Below are positions 9,257 through 19,200 of a stretch of DNA of 64,000 bases, piece by piece (within the stretch, counting starts at the first letter, position 1; each line of letters opens with the position of its first letter). Position numbers and translations under genes: made by a program. The stretch lies in the NCBI GenBank assembly GCA_963700145.1, contig OY969474.1:1-64000 (forward strand), given 5' to 3'. A model generated the notes under the pieces. The model was not told the origin of the DNA. It did no database searches and saw nothing but the letters and a program-made list of their open reading frames with translations. The DNA comes from an uncultured Acidobacteriota bacterium. Lineage in GTDB: Bacteria > Acidobacteriota > Thermoanaerobaculia > Multivoradales > UBA5704.

Positions 9257-10335
9257 CGCCGCCCGATTCGCCGTCGGCGCGCCGGCACCGTCTCCGCCGC
9301 ACGCTCCTCGCCGCCGCTCTCGCCCTTCCGCTCCTCGCCTGGGCGGAGCGGGCGGGGGTGACGGCGGTGGCGCGGCGCGTCCTGCCGACCGGGGAGGCGG
9401 AGTGGATCTGGGCGGAATGGGCGGCGGGAGCGAAGACGCCGGCCGTCTTCTATGCGGCGCGCGACTTCGAGCTCGACGCGGTGCCGGCGGGCGCGCGGCT
9501 CCTGGTCTTGGCCGACGAGGAGCACGTGCTCTGGGTCAACGGCCGCCGCGTCGGCGCCGGCCGCTACCGTACCGGCGCGCCGCTCGACGTCTATCCCGCC
9601 GCCGAGCTCCTGCAGCCCGGCGCCAACCGCATCCTCGTCGAGCTGCGCAGCGCCCGCGGCGCCGGCGGCTTCATCGCCCGGCTCGAGGACGGCGGCGGGC
9701 GGTCGCTCCTCGTCAGCGACCCGTCCTGGCTGGTCTTCCGCCGCCACCGCCCGGGCCTCGTCCGCGGCTGGGAGCCGCTGGAGGAGGGTCCGGCCGCCGG
9801 CGAGCCGGCCTTCTCCTGGGGGTCGCCGCCGGTGGGGCGGTGGGACGCGCCGCGCCCCGGCCCGCCGCGGCCGCCGCTCGACGAGCGCACCGGCCGTGCC
9901 GTCCGCCCGCGCCGCGTCGCCGGCGACCCAGCCGGCGAGCGCAAGCTCTACGACTTCGGCCGCGAGGTCACCGGCTACCTGCGCTTGGAGCACCGCCCGG
10001 CCGCGGAGATGGAGGTCGCCCTCCTCTTCGCCGGCGACCGCCCGCCGGATCCGCGCGGCCATGCGCAGGGCGCGGTCCTCCTCATGCCGGACGGCCGGAG
10101 CTGGCTCGACGCCCGCCCGCGCCGCTTCCGCTACGTGCTCCTGCTGGGGGCGCCGTCGGTCGTCGGGGCGCGGGTGTTCCCGGTCTCGGGTGAAGAGGCC
10201 GCGGCGGCCGCGCGGCCGGAGCCGCCGGAGGGGGCGTTCGGGCTCAGGCCGCCGCCCTTACGAGCGTCGGTTGAGGACGAAGTCCGGCGCGAACTCAAGG
10301 GCGTCCCGCGCGTCGCCGGGCGGGAAGAACTCTAG
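9253..10335 (+). CDS. Exported hypothetical protein with alpha-L-rhamnosidase N-terminal-like beta-sandwich
   Basis: GTG overlaps upstream TGA (GTGA); AEWIW, FYAARDF, AD....LWVNG, LQPGAN, YDFGREVTGY, FRYV. Confidence 0.6.
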   Translation: MTPPDSPSARRHRLRRTLLAAALALPLLAWAERAGVTAVARRVLPTGEAEWIWAEWAAGAKTPAVFYAARDFELDAVPAGARLLVLADEEHVLWVNGRRVGAGRYRTGAPLDVYPAAELLQPGANRILVELRSARGAGGFIARLEDGGGRSLLVSDPSWLVFRRHRPGLVRGWEPLEEGPAAGEPAFSWGSPPVGRWDAPRPGPPRPPLDERTGRAVRPRRVAGDPAGERKLYDFGREVTGYLRLEHRPAAEMEVALLFAGDRPPDPRGHAQGAVLLMPDGRSWLDARPRRFRYVLLLGAPSVVGARVFPVSGEEAAAAARPEPPEGAFGLRPPPLRASVEDEVRRELKGVPRVAGREEL

Positions 10336-11259
10336 CTCCCGCTTGGCCTCGGCGGCGTAGCTCTCGGCGAGCTCGCGCACCTCGGCGAGCGTGCCCTCGG
10401 CGGCCACCAGCTCCAGCATCTCCGCGCGCCCGACCCGCTCGAAGCTGCGGTCCTCGAGCACCCACTCGACCAGCCGCCGCCGCGCCGGCGCCACGCGCGG
10501 CAGCAGCAGGAGGAGCGGCAGCGTGAGCTTGCCTTCGCGCAGGTCGGAGAGCACGGGCTTGCCCAGCTCCTCCTCGCGGGAGGTGAAGTCGAGGAGGTCG
10601 TCGACGAGCTGGAAGCAGGTGCCGAGCGCGCGGCCGTAGCGGCCGAGCACCTGGCCGGCCTCCGGGCGGCAGGGCGGGATCAGGCTGGGCATCGAGCAGG
10701 CGGCGGCGAAGAGGTGCGCCGTCTTGCGGTCGACGATCTCGAAGTACTCCTCGACGGAGAGGTCGGCGGCGCCCAGGCGCGCCAGCGCCAGCAGCTCGCC
10801 TTCGGTCATCTTGAGGGTCGCGGCGCAGAGCCGCTGCACGACTTCCAGCTGTCCGTGCGAGAGCGCCATGCGCATCGCCGTGGTGTAGATCCAGTCGCCC
10901 AGGAGCACCGTCAGGTTGTTGCCCCAGAGGTGGTTGAGCGTCGGCTGGCCGCGGCGCAGGCTGGCGTGGTCGAGGATGTCGTCGTGGATCAGCGTCGCGG
11001 TGTGGATGAACTCGACGACCGCGGCGTAGGTCACCTCCTCGCGGCCGTCGTGGCCGAGGAGGCGGGCGGAGAGCAGGAGCAGCGCCGGGCGCACGCGCTT
11101 GCCGCCCGAGGCGGCGATGTACTCGCCGGCGCGGTGGATGAACGGCACGTCCGAGTCGAGGTGGGTGCGGAAGACCTCTTCGGTCGCGAGGAGCTTGTCG
11201 GCGACCAGGTCGAGGAAGCGGGCCGGGGCCGGGGCGGTCGTCTGCTCGGGGTCGATCAT
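10258..11259 (-). CDS. ispB: Polyprenyl (octaprenyl-type) diphosphate synthase
   Basis: GGKRVRP, HTATLIHDDILD, RRG, KTA, FQLVDDLLD, GKP..SDL.EGK.TLP. Confidence 0.9.
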   Translation of the reverse strand: MIDPEQTTAPAPARFLDLVADKLLATEEVFRTHLDSDVPFIHRAGEYIAASGGKRVRPALLLLSARLLGHDGREEVTYAAVVEFIHTATLIHDDILDHASLRRGQPTLNHLWGNNLTVLLGDWIYTTAMRMALSHGQLEVVQRLCAATLKMTEGELLALARLGAADLSVEEYFEIVDRKTAHLFAAACSMPSLIPPCRPEAGQVLGRYGRALGTCFQLVDDLLDFTSREEELGKPVLSDLREGKLTLPLLLLLPRVAPARRRLVEWVLEDRSFERVGRAEMLELVAAEGTLAEVRELAESYAAEAKRELEFFPPGDARDALEFAPDFVLNRRS

Positions 11260-11284
11260 GCGCGGCGGTCGCGGGGCCCGGGCC

Positions 11285-11941
11285 TCAGAACTTGCGGACC
11301 GGCTCGAAGGGGGTGACCTGCGTCAGCCTGCCGTCGCGGAAGCGGTAGACCTTGCCGCTCTCGAAGAACCACCACGCGCTCTCCCGGTGGTCGGGGAAGT
11401 TGACGACCTGCACCTCGTCGGGCTTGCCCATCTCGGTGTAGACGCGCTGCTCGTCCTCGCTCTGCACCTGCGCCACGAACTGCCGCAGCTTGGCGACGAA
11501 GGCGGCGTTCTGGACCACCACCGTGGCCACCACCGGCCCGGATTGCGCGAAGCGCGGCGTCAGGTCCACCCGCTCCAGCACCTCGATGCGCTCGCCGCCG
11601 GGCTTGCGCACCGGCACGCCGACCAGCAGCTCGAAGCGGTTGTAGTAGCGGTCGCGCGGCCAGGCGAGCGCGAACGCCCCTTCGCGGTCGGTGGTGGCGG
11701 CGACGCGGCGGGTGTCGGTCGTGGTGCGCTGCAGGTGGCGCAGGCTCCAGGTCGAGCGCGAGGCTTCGAGCACCACCCGCAGGTTGGGGATGGGGGAGCC
11801 GTCCGGCCCGGTCACCAGGCCGCTGACCTCGACCTTCTCGCCGCTCTCGGCGGGGATGGCGGCGGCCGCCGGCGCCGCGGCCGCGAGGCCGGCGAGGAGG
11901 AGCGCGCCGAAGGCGCGCGCGGCGGTCGGGCGGCGCGGCAT
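11285..11941 (-). CDS. Exported protein with carboxypeptidase-regulatory-like Ig domain
   Basis: Signal peptide; VSGLVTGPDGSPIPN..V and TTDREG.F; C-terminal MGKPD..W.F; TATAAT 7 nt before ATG. Confidence 0.7.
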   Translation of the reverse strand: MPRRPTAARAFGALLLAGLAAAAPAAAAIPAESGEKVEVSGLVTGPDGSPIPNLRVVLEASRSTWSLRHLQRTTTDTRRVAATTDREGAFALAWPRDRYYNRFELLVGVPVRKPGGERIEVLERVDLTPRFAQSGPVVATVVVQNAAFVAKLRQFVAQVQSEDEQRVYTEMGKPDEVQVVNFPDHRESAWWFFESGKVYRFRDGRLTQVTPFEPVRKF

Positions 11942-11955
11942 GGGCGGGATTATAG

Positions 11956-12576
11956 CTACGGCTCTTCCCAGCGGACGTTCTTGGGCGGCGTGAACTGCCC
12001 GCGGCGCGGCAGCGTGCGGTAGCCCCCGATCTCGAAGCGGGTGCGGTTGCCCTCCCGGTCGCGGTAGGCGAGCTCGACGATCCGCTGCTTGTCGGGATCG
12101 ACGACGAAGGTCGCCTCGGCGAGCTGCTCGAGCGGGCGGATCGGCGTCAGCGTCACCGCGACGCCGCCCTCCCCCGGGCGGCTGGCGGCGCGGTAGCGGC
12201 CGCGCAGGTCGGCGACCGAGAGCATCAGGAGGTCCAGCCCCGGCTCGTTCTTGCGGTCCACCTCGAAGCGCTGGCCGGTGCCGTCCTCGGGGTTCCACTG
12301 GTGGGCCACCCCGCCGCAGAGGAGGAAGCTCTTGGGGAAGGGGTCGAGGTAGTCCCAGCGCAGGCAGTCGGGCAGCGCGAAGGCGAGCTGCCCGCTCTCG
12401 CGCTCGCCCGAGCTGAAGCCGGCCGGCACGTAGACCTGGACGAAATTGGCCCCGGTCGGCCCGGCCGCCGCGAGGCTCCGCCGCACCCCCTCCAGCGTCC
12501 CCCAGGGGTCCTGGGCGGCGGCGGGCCAAGCGAGGAGGAAGCCGAGGAGGAAGCCGAGGGCGAGGAGGCGTCTCAT
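11956..12576 (-). CDS. lolA: Outer-membrane lipoprotein carrier LolA family protein
   Basis: Signal peptide; A.F.Q, ESG.L....P..LRWDY..P, D.EGNRTRF, F.PP; alternative start 12609. Confidence 0.75.
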   Translation of the reverse strand: MRRLLALGFLLGFLLAWPAAAQDPWGTLEGVRRSLAAAGPTGANFVQVYVPAGFSSGERESGQLAFALPDCLRWDYLDPFPKSFLLCGGVAHQWNPEDGTGQRFEVDRKNEPGLDLLMLSVADLRGRYRAASRPGEGGVAVTLTPIRPLEQLAEATFVVDPDKQRIVELAYRDREGNRTRFEIGGYRTLPRRGQFTPPKNVRWEEP

Positions 12577-12624
12577 GCCGAGGGAAACAAACTCACGCTC
12601 CCCCATCATCCCGGCGCCCCGCCG

Positions 12625-14187
12625 TCAATGCCGAAAATGCCGTATTCCCGTCAGCACCATCGCCATCCCGTGCTCGTCCGCCGCTGCCACGAGCTCCTCG
12701 TCCCGCTTGCTCCCCCCCGGCTGCACGACCGCCGTCACCCCCGCCGCCGCCAGCACGTCGAGCCCGTCGCGGAAGGGGAAGAAGGCGTCCGAAGCCGCCG
12801 CGGCGCCGGCGGTCGCGAGCCCCGCCTGCCGCGCTTTGCGCACGGCGAGGTCGCAGGCGTCCACCCGGCTCATCTGGCCGGCGCCGATCCCGACCGTGCC
12901 GTCGCCCTCGGCGAGCACGATGGCGTTCGACTTGACGTGCCGCACGACCGCCCAGCCGAAGTCGAGCGCCCGCCGCTCCTTGGCCGTCGGCTGCCGGCGC
13001 GTCGGGCAGGTCCAGCCGGCGGGGTCGTCGGGCGCCGCGTCCGGCGCCTGGGCCAGAAAGCCGCCGTCGATGCCGCGCAGCTCAGGCTCGCCGGCGCGCG
13101 GCGCGTAGGGCGGGCAGGCGAGGAGGCGGAGCGCCTTCTTCGCCGCGAAGCGCACGCGCGCGCCGGCGTCGAACTCCGGCGCCACGAGCACCTCGACGAA
13201 AAGGGTGCCGAGCGCCTCGGCGAAGGCCTCGTCGGCCGGGCGGTTGACCGCGACGACCGAGCCATAAGCCGACACCGGGTCGGTGACGAGCGCGTGTCCG
13301 AAGGCCGCCGCGAGGTCGGCGCCGCGCCCGGCACCGCACGGCGTGTTGTGCTTGACGATCACGACCGCTGGCTCGGCGAACAGCGCCACGGCCTTGCGCG
13401 CGGCGTCGGCGTCGAGCAGGTTGTTCCAGGAGAGGTCCTTCCCCTGGAGCTGGACCAAGCCGCCGAGGACGCCGGGGCCGCCGGCGGTGCGGTAGACCGC
13501 GGCCGGCTGGTGCGGGTTCTCGCCGTAGCGCGGCACGAGCGCGCGCTCGAGCGCGAGGGTCAGGCGCTCGGGGAAGAGGTCCTGCGGCGCGCCCGCCGCT
13601 TCCTGCCGGTCCAGCCAGTCGGCGATCGCCCCGTCGTAGTCGTGCGTGTGGCGGAAGGCCTTAGCCGCGAGCCGCCGGCGCAGCGCGGCCGGCAGCCGCC
13701 CGTCCCCCGCGCTCTCCAGCGCCGCCAGCACCTCGCGGTAGTCCGCGGGATCGACCACCGCCGCCACCGACTCGTAGTTCTTGGCCGCGGCGCGCAGCAT
13801 CGCCGGGCCGCCGACGTCGATCGACTCGACGACCCGCTCCGGCGTCGCCCCCGCCGCCGCGGCGGTCTCGCGGAAGGGGTAGAGGTTGACGACCACGAGG
13901 TCGATCGGCCGGATGCCGTGCTCGGCGAGCTGGGCCAGGTGCTGCGGGCTGGCGCGGCGCGCCATGATGCCGCCGTGGATGCGCGGGTGGAGGGTCTTGA
14001 CGCGGCCGTCGAGGATCTCGGGGTAGCCGGTGATCTCGGTCACCGGCCGCACCGGCAGGCCGCGCCCGGCGAGGTAGGCGAGCGTGCCGCCGGTCGAGAG
14101 CAGCTCGAAGCCCAGGCGCACGAGCCCGCGCGCCAGCTCCTCGAGACCGCCTTTGTCGGAGACCGAGAGGAGGGCGCGCGGCCTCAA
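12625..14187 (-). CDS. purH: Bifunctional AICAR transformylase / IMP cyclohydrolase
   Basis: RALLSVSDK, STGGT, GRVKTLHP, IDVGGP, RYGENPHQ, KHNTPCG, KSNAI, SDAFFPFRD, GIRHFRH; TTG start. Confidence 0.97.
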   Translation of the reverse strand: MRPRALLSVSDKGGLEELARGLVRLGFELLSTGGTLAYLAGRGLPVRPVTEITGYPEILDGRVKTLHPRIHGGIMARRASPQHLAQLAEHGIRPIDLVVVNLYPFRETAAAAGATPERVVESIDVGGPAMLRAAAKNYESVAAVVDPADYREVLAALESAGDGRLPAALRRRLAAKAFRHTHDYDGAIADWLDRQEAAGAPQDLFPERLTLALERALVPRYGENPHQPAAVYRTAGGPGVLGGLVQLQGKDLSWNNLLDADAARKAVALFAEPAVVIVKHNTPCGAGRGADLAAAFGHALVTDPVSAYGSVVAVNRPADEAFAEALGTLFVEVLVAPEFDAGARVRFAAKKALRLLACPPYAPRAGEPELRGIDGGFLAQAPDAAPDDPAGWTCPTRRQPTAKERRALDFGWAVVRHVKSNAIVLAEGDGTVGIGAGQMSRVDACDLAVRKARQAGLATAGAAAASDAFFPFRDGLDVLAAAGVTAVVQPGGSKRDEELVAAADEHGMAMVLTGIRHFRH

Positions 14188-14933
14188 CGCCGCCCGCCCG
14201 CGCGCGTCACCTGGAGCAGCCGCCCGGCGCCGGGCTGGAGGCCGCCGCGCGGGTCGGCGCCGCCGGCGCGCAGCCAGACCGAGCGGTAGACCGAGACCAG
14301 GTCGGTGACCGCGTGGCTGAAGCAGAGCGAGCCGACGGCGAAGGCGGTGGAGCGGTCGTCGAAGCGGCCGAGGCCGGAGGCGTAGCCGATGCGCCGGTAC
14401 TCGAGGCCGATCGAGGCGGAGAGGGCGCCGGCGCGGTTGCGGCTGGCGGCGGTGAGACCCGCCAGGTCGGGCCGGGAGGCGGCGAGCTGCGGGCGGAGGC
14501 CGTAGAAGACGAGCGGGAAGCGCCCCTCGGCGCTCTCGACGTAACGCGCGTAGTCGGCGGCGTAGCGCGCCTCGTTGGGGTCGCCGCCGGCGGCGGCGAG
14601 CGGGTCGTTGGCCTCGGCGACGCGCGCCGCGATGCCGCCGAGGCGCGCCACGATCTCCGCGAACGGCCGGTGCTCCTGGATGGCGGCGACCGTGGCCTCC
14701 ACCTCGGCCGCGAGCTGGCGGTCGCCGCCGAGGGCGACCGGCGCCTGCGCCGCCTCGAGATAGACCGCGCGGTGCTTCTCGATCTGCCGCGCCAGATCCG
14801 GCGGCGCCAGCCGCGCCCCTTCGAGGGCGACCGTCGAACGCGTCTTCGCCGTCCAGCCGAGGGCGGGCGCCGGCGCGGCCGCGAGGAGCGCCGCGAGCAC
14901 CGCCGCGCGGCGCCGGTACAATGCGGGAAGCAT
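14184..14933 (-). CDS. Exported hypothetical protein, degenerate Zn-phospholipase C / S1-P1-like helical fold
   Basis: Signal peptide ending ALG-W; helical body; stop overlaps purH TTG; metal-ligand His residues not evident. Confidence 0.55.
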   Translation of the reverse strand: MLPALYRRRAAVLAALLAAAPAPALGWTAKTRSTVALEGARLAPPDLARQIEKHRAVYLEAAQAPVALGGDRQLAAEVEATVAAIQEHRPFAEIVARLGGIAARVAEANDPLAAAGGDPNEARYAADYARYVESAEGRFPLVFYGLRPQLAASRPDLAGLTAASRNRAGALSASIGLEYRRIGYASGLGRFDDRSTAFAVGSLCFSHAVTDLVSVYRSVWLRAGGADPRGGLQPGAGRLLQVTRAGGRR

Positions 14934-14946
14934 CGATTCATTGTAC

Positions 14947-15189
14947 ATGCCCGCCCGCACTCTCGACGTCACCGGCACCCTCTGCCCCATCCCGGCCCTC
15001 CTCGCTCGCCGCGCCATGCGCGCCCTGGGCCCCGGCGACCACCTCGAAGTCGTCGGCGACGACCCGGCGATGATGGTGGACATGCCGGTCTGGGCCGAAC
15101 GGGACGGCCATCGCCTGCTCGAGCTGGCGAAGGAGCCCGGGGGGCGGGTGCGCTGCCTGGTGGAGAAGGGGCGCGGCACGGCGGTGTGA
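14947..15189 (+). CDS. tusA: TusA/SirA family sulfur carrier
   Basis: LDVTGTLCPIP (CPxP), L.PGD.LEV..DDP....D.P.W. Confidence 0.88.
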   Translation: MPARTLDVTGTLCPIPALLARRAMRALGPGDHLEVVGDDPAMMVDMPVWAERDGHRLLELAKEPGGRVRCLVEKGRGTAV

Positions 15190-15290
15190 AACACGTCACA
15201 GCGCAGCCGTGGCGGACTTCACTGCGGCGGATGGTCCGCGGCGCTAGCCTCTCGGGCGGATCAGGAACCCCTGCCGTGAAGGAGATCACC

Positions 15291-16058
15291 GTGCGCGCAC
15301 TCCGACTCGTCCGCAACCTTCCCCTTTTCGTTCTTGCGCTGGCTGTTCCGGCCGGCCTCGTGGCTTGCAGCGACGGCAGCAGTCCCACCGAGCCCGCCCC
15401 CGCCGTGAGCGCCGCGACGGCGGCCGCGGCCGCCGCTCCGGTCGTCGTCGCGGAGGAAGGGCCCGCGGCGCGCGGCGGCGCGCGGGCTTTCCGTCAGGAG
15501 GCGATGGGCGGCGAGGCGCCGCGCCGCGCGGCGGCCGGCGCGCCGGCGGTCCGCGTGGCCGCCGCCCCCGCGTCGCCGGTCGTCGGCACCCCCGAGGCCG
15601 CCCGCGGCGGCAACGGCAAGGGGAAAGGCGGCGCCAAGCCGAAGCCGGCGCCGCCGGCCAAGCCGGAGAAGCCGGAGAAGGGCGGCAAGGGCAAGCCCGG
15701 CGGCGACCTTCGCCTCGAGATCCAGCCCGACGTCTGGAACACCAACTGGGCGCGCAGCAACGGCACGGTCACGGCGCTGATCCGCGGCAGCAACCTCGGG
15801 GCCATCGATGTCGACTCGATCGTCCTCGTCGGCACCGACGGCGCCGCCGAGGAGCTGGAGCCGCTGCGCGTGCAGCGCGTCGGCAACCACGTCCGCGCCT
15901 TCTTCGCCAAGGAGGACGCCTTCGACACCCTCGACACGCCGGCCCCCGGTGAGATCCACGAGATCGTCGTCCGCCTGACGATCGAGGGCGTCGCGGACGC
16001 GCCGGACGTCGAGAAGGAGCTCAAGGACACGATCCGGGTCGTCGGCCCCGCCACCTAG
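15291..16058 (+). CDS. Putative lipoprotein with Ala/Pro/Lys-rich linker
   Basis: AAGGAG RBS before GTG 15291; lipobox LVAC; C-terminal beta domain. Confidence 0.65.
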   Translation: MRALRLVRNLPLFVLALAVPAGLVACSDGSSPTEPAPAVSAATAAAAAAPVVVAEEGPAARGGARAFRQEAMGGEAPRRAAAGAPAVRVAAAPASPVVGTPEAARGGNGKGKGGAKPKPAPPAKPEKPEKGGKGKPGGDLRLEIQPDVWNTNWARSNGTVTALIRGSNLGAIDVDSIVLVGTDGAAEELEPLRVQRVGNHVRAFFAKEDAFDTLDTPAPGEIHEIVVRLTIEGVADAPDVEKELKDTIRVVGPAT

Positions 16059-16071
16059 CCGCCGGCCCACC

Positions 16072-16124
16072 GCGCGGGCGGTGGCGGTTTCCTCCCCACG
16101 CCGCCGCCCGCGCCTCTCGTTTTT
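16072..16124 (+). terminator. GC-rich hairpin, probable intrinsic terminator
   Basis: GCGCGGGCGGTGGCG (16072-16086) pairs with CGCCGCCGCCCGCGC (16099-16113), followed by CTCTCGTTTTT. Confidence 0.55.
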
Positions 16125-16276
16125 CCCTCTCGCTTTCCCGCAGCTTCAGCGCCCTCTGTTGTTATTGATCTATTCAACCTCGCTCAGATCATTGCGCTGC
16201 CCTTCGAACAGCATTAACCTCTTTCACAAGCTCTAAAAAAACTCGTTACGCCGGGCGCACCGCCCGGGAGTGAGCC

Positions 16277-19200
16277 GTGAGCTTCAACACCGAGGCCCTG
16301 ACCCTCCTCACTCTCGGGATCCGCGGCGACCAGCCGTTCGGCTCCGAGCGGCCGGCACTGCCCGACGGCAACCACTGCCGCTGGTTTCCCGACCAGGACC
16401 TAGGGTTCCCCTGGCACGGCTTCTACCTCTTCCGGCGCGAGAGCCGGCCGTCCCGCCCGCGCTGCCTCAGCGCGGAGCTCCGCCACTTGCGGCCGGGAAC
16501 GTCCCAGAGCATCCGCCTGGAGACGACGCTCGGACGCCTGAGCAGCGCCAAGCCCCTCGTTTTCACCGAAGACTTCCTCCCTGCCGGCCTGGTGGAAGTC
16601 GATCTCGCGCAGGGGGCGTCCCTCCGCTTCGACCTGCCGGGGGGCGTTGAGGCGCGGCGGGTGGACGTGCGGATCGGCCTGCGCGACGCCGGGGCGCCGC
16701 GGAGCTGCGTCGACTTCCGTCGGCTGCCGCTCGGCCTGGGTCCGAACCCCCGGACCGAAAAGGAGGCCGTCTTCACCACCGAGCCTCCGCCGATCAGTGG
16801 GGCGATCGACGCGACCTCGATCGAGCAGTGGCCCGGCTCCCCACCGGGGCTTCAGACCAGCCGGCGGCTCGAGATTGCCCTGCCGTGCCCGGCGACCCGC
16901 ATTGATCTCCTGCTCAGCAACCGGGGGGAGCTGAAGATCGAGGCCCTCGACGCTGACGGCCGCAGCGTCGCGGTCCAGAACGTCGCGCCCCTGGCCCTCA
17001 CCGCCGGCACCGTGAGCCTGACCGGCAAGGCGATCACCCAAGTCACCCTCGAGAGCTCCATCGGCGATCCGGCGCTCCTCCACGAGATCTGTTTCGAGTG
17101 CCCGGCGGCCGTATTGGCCGCACCGGGCAAGGGGGCCCGCATCGAGGTCCGCGCCCTGGCGGGGACGGCGGCCGTCGCGAGCACGGTCGTGCAAGGGAAC
17201 GCCGGAGAGGTCGTCGCGGCCACCCTGGAGGGGACCGGGATCACCGCCGTCGAGCTCGCCCCCGGGCCGGGCGCGCTCGTCGACCTCTGCGTCTGGACGA
17301 GCGCTCAGGGCGTGACCTTCGGCTGGGAGGAAGTGCCGGGGTTCCGCTACCCGCTCTGCCTGCCGGTGGCGCATCCGGACTACCCGTGCGCGGGCAAGCC
17401 GGCCACCTTCGACGACGCCAAGGCCCTGGCGCTCTCGCGCGTGACCTACCCCGCCCCCCAAGGCTGGGACCAGGGGTTCGCCGAGCTGCACGGCGAGCTC
17501 ACGCTCTTGGTTCAAGGGGGCCCCGGCGGCGTCCCGATGGCGCAGCGTGTCCATCCCGACCTGCCCGGCCAGCCGCTCTCGCCTGCGACGCAGAGCGACG
17601 TCCCGAAGCTGCCCGGCCTGCGCCCGCTCGACCTCGTCTTCCTCGCCAGCCTCCACCCGGCGATGGCTCAGATGCTCGGCCTCTACTTCGCCGACACGTC
17701 GGTGCCGGCGAGCGTCGGCTACGACTATCTCCTCCTCGCCGACCCGACAGGCGTCCTCGGCGGCAGCGCGGAGACCGCCCTCGCATGGCTCGCCTTCACC
17801 GCCGATTCCAGCCAGGTCGACGCCACGCTCGTGCTCGGCCGGCGACCAACCCCTCGCCCGCCGATCGACCCGCCCGGCGCACCGCGCGCCTACGCCCTGC
17901 CCGGGATGGCGACCCGTGCGATCGACGGCACGGTCCCGGAGACGGCGGGCAACGTCGGCCTCTGGTGGCCGCTGCCCGCCGACTCGACTGACGAGCAACC
18001 GGACCAGATCGTCTTCTACTACCCGCAGCGGGTCTCCCTCGGCCCCATCGAACCGACCGCGCAGCCCGCCGTCGCCCAGTACCAACCGCTGCCGCATTTC
18101 GCGCCGGTACTCGTCTCCGAGCCCGACCCGCTGGCGGTCCCCGGCCCGCGCAGCTCGGACTGGCCGCCACCGTCGATCCCACTCCACGTCGTCGACGCCA
18201 ACCTGCCCGAGGGCTGGTACAGCTACCGCGTCGCCGGCGACGACCTCTTCGGCCGCCGGAGCGCCCTGGGGCCGCCCTCGCAGTGGTTCGAGTGGGAGCC
18301 CACGGAGCACCAACGCCATCCCTATGCCGTGGCCCTGCTCGACAAGGTCCCGCCGCCGCCGCCCCTGGGAGTCGAGGCCTGGGCCCTCGATCCGCTCGAC
18401 CGCTGGGTGCTCGTGGACGAGCCGCACGAGACATGGCGGGCGGACGTTGGCGACACGCTGGTCGGCCTGCGCGTGCGCTGGCGCTGGACCCTGTTGCAGC
18501 AAGTTCAAGCGCCGGACATGGCGGAGTTCCGGATCTACTACCAGCCCGGCCGCTGGAACGCCCTCCTGGGGAAGATCGAGCAGGTCGCCGCCGCCTCGGC
18601 CTTCGAGAGCGACGTGGACCTCGACGTCGCCGATTCCCACCCGCCGAACACCTTCGCCGGCGCCCGCTTGCGCGTGGGCAACGAGGATTTCGGCATTCTC
18701 GGCAGCCAGCCGGGCGCCAAGCTCCGCCTACGGGTGAAGAACCTCGGGGTTGACGACGAGGTCCGCCCGGCGGAAGGGAAGCCCTGCACCGTGGCGATCC
18801 CGGAGAAGCACGCGCTCTGGGTCGATACCAGCTTCGCGACGACCTGGGCGAAGCGCCTCGCGGTCGTGGACTACGACCCGCCGGCGCGGACGGTCGTCGA
18901 TCCGGTGGAGGACGCCAACGGCAGGCTGCTCACGGACGCGGCGTTCACGGCGGCGAGCGAGAGCGCCGGCGTGACGGTGAGCGGCACAATCGCCCAGCTC
19001 CCGCCGATGGCCGATCTCTCCGGCGTCCAGCCCTGGATCGACCACCTCTGGCTGGAGGACGCGACCGAGGCGCGCGAAACCCACCGCATCGTGCGCTACG
19101 ACGCCGCCGCCCGCACGGTGGAACTCGAAACGCCCCCCGCGCTCGGCCCGCCGGTCCACTGGATCCTCGGCCGGCCCACCCGCGAGTACGACGTCTTCCT

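Noticed and set aside
7046-14289. Long Arg/Pro/Ala-rich alternative ORFs (e.g. 7046-9082, 7867-9252, 12301-14289) and similar ones window-wide
   Set aside because: Typical high-GC antisense or off-frame shadows of well-supported genes.
16165-16192. TGATCT-N14-AGATCA as an FNR/CRP site upstream of the giant operon
   Set aside because: Spacing does not fit TTGAT-N4-ATCAA; a 6-bp inverted repeat is too weak to call.
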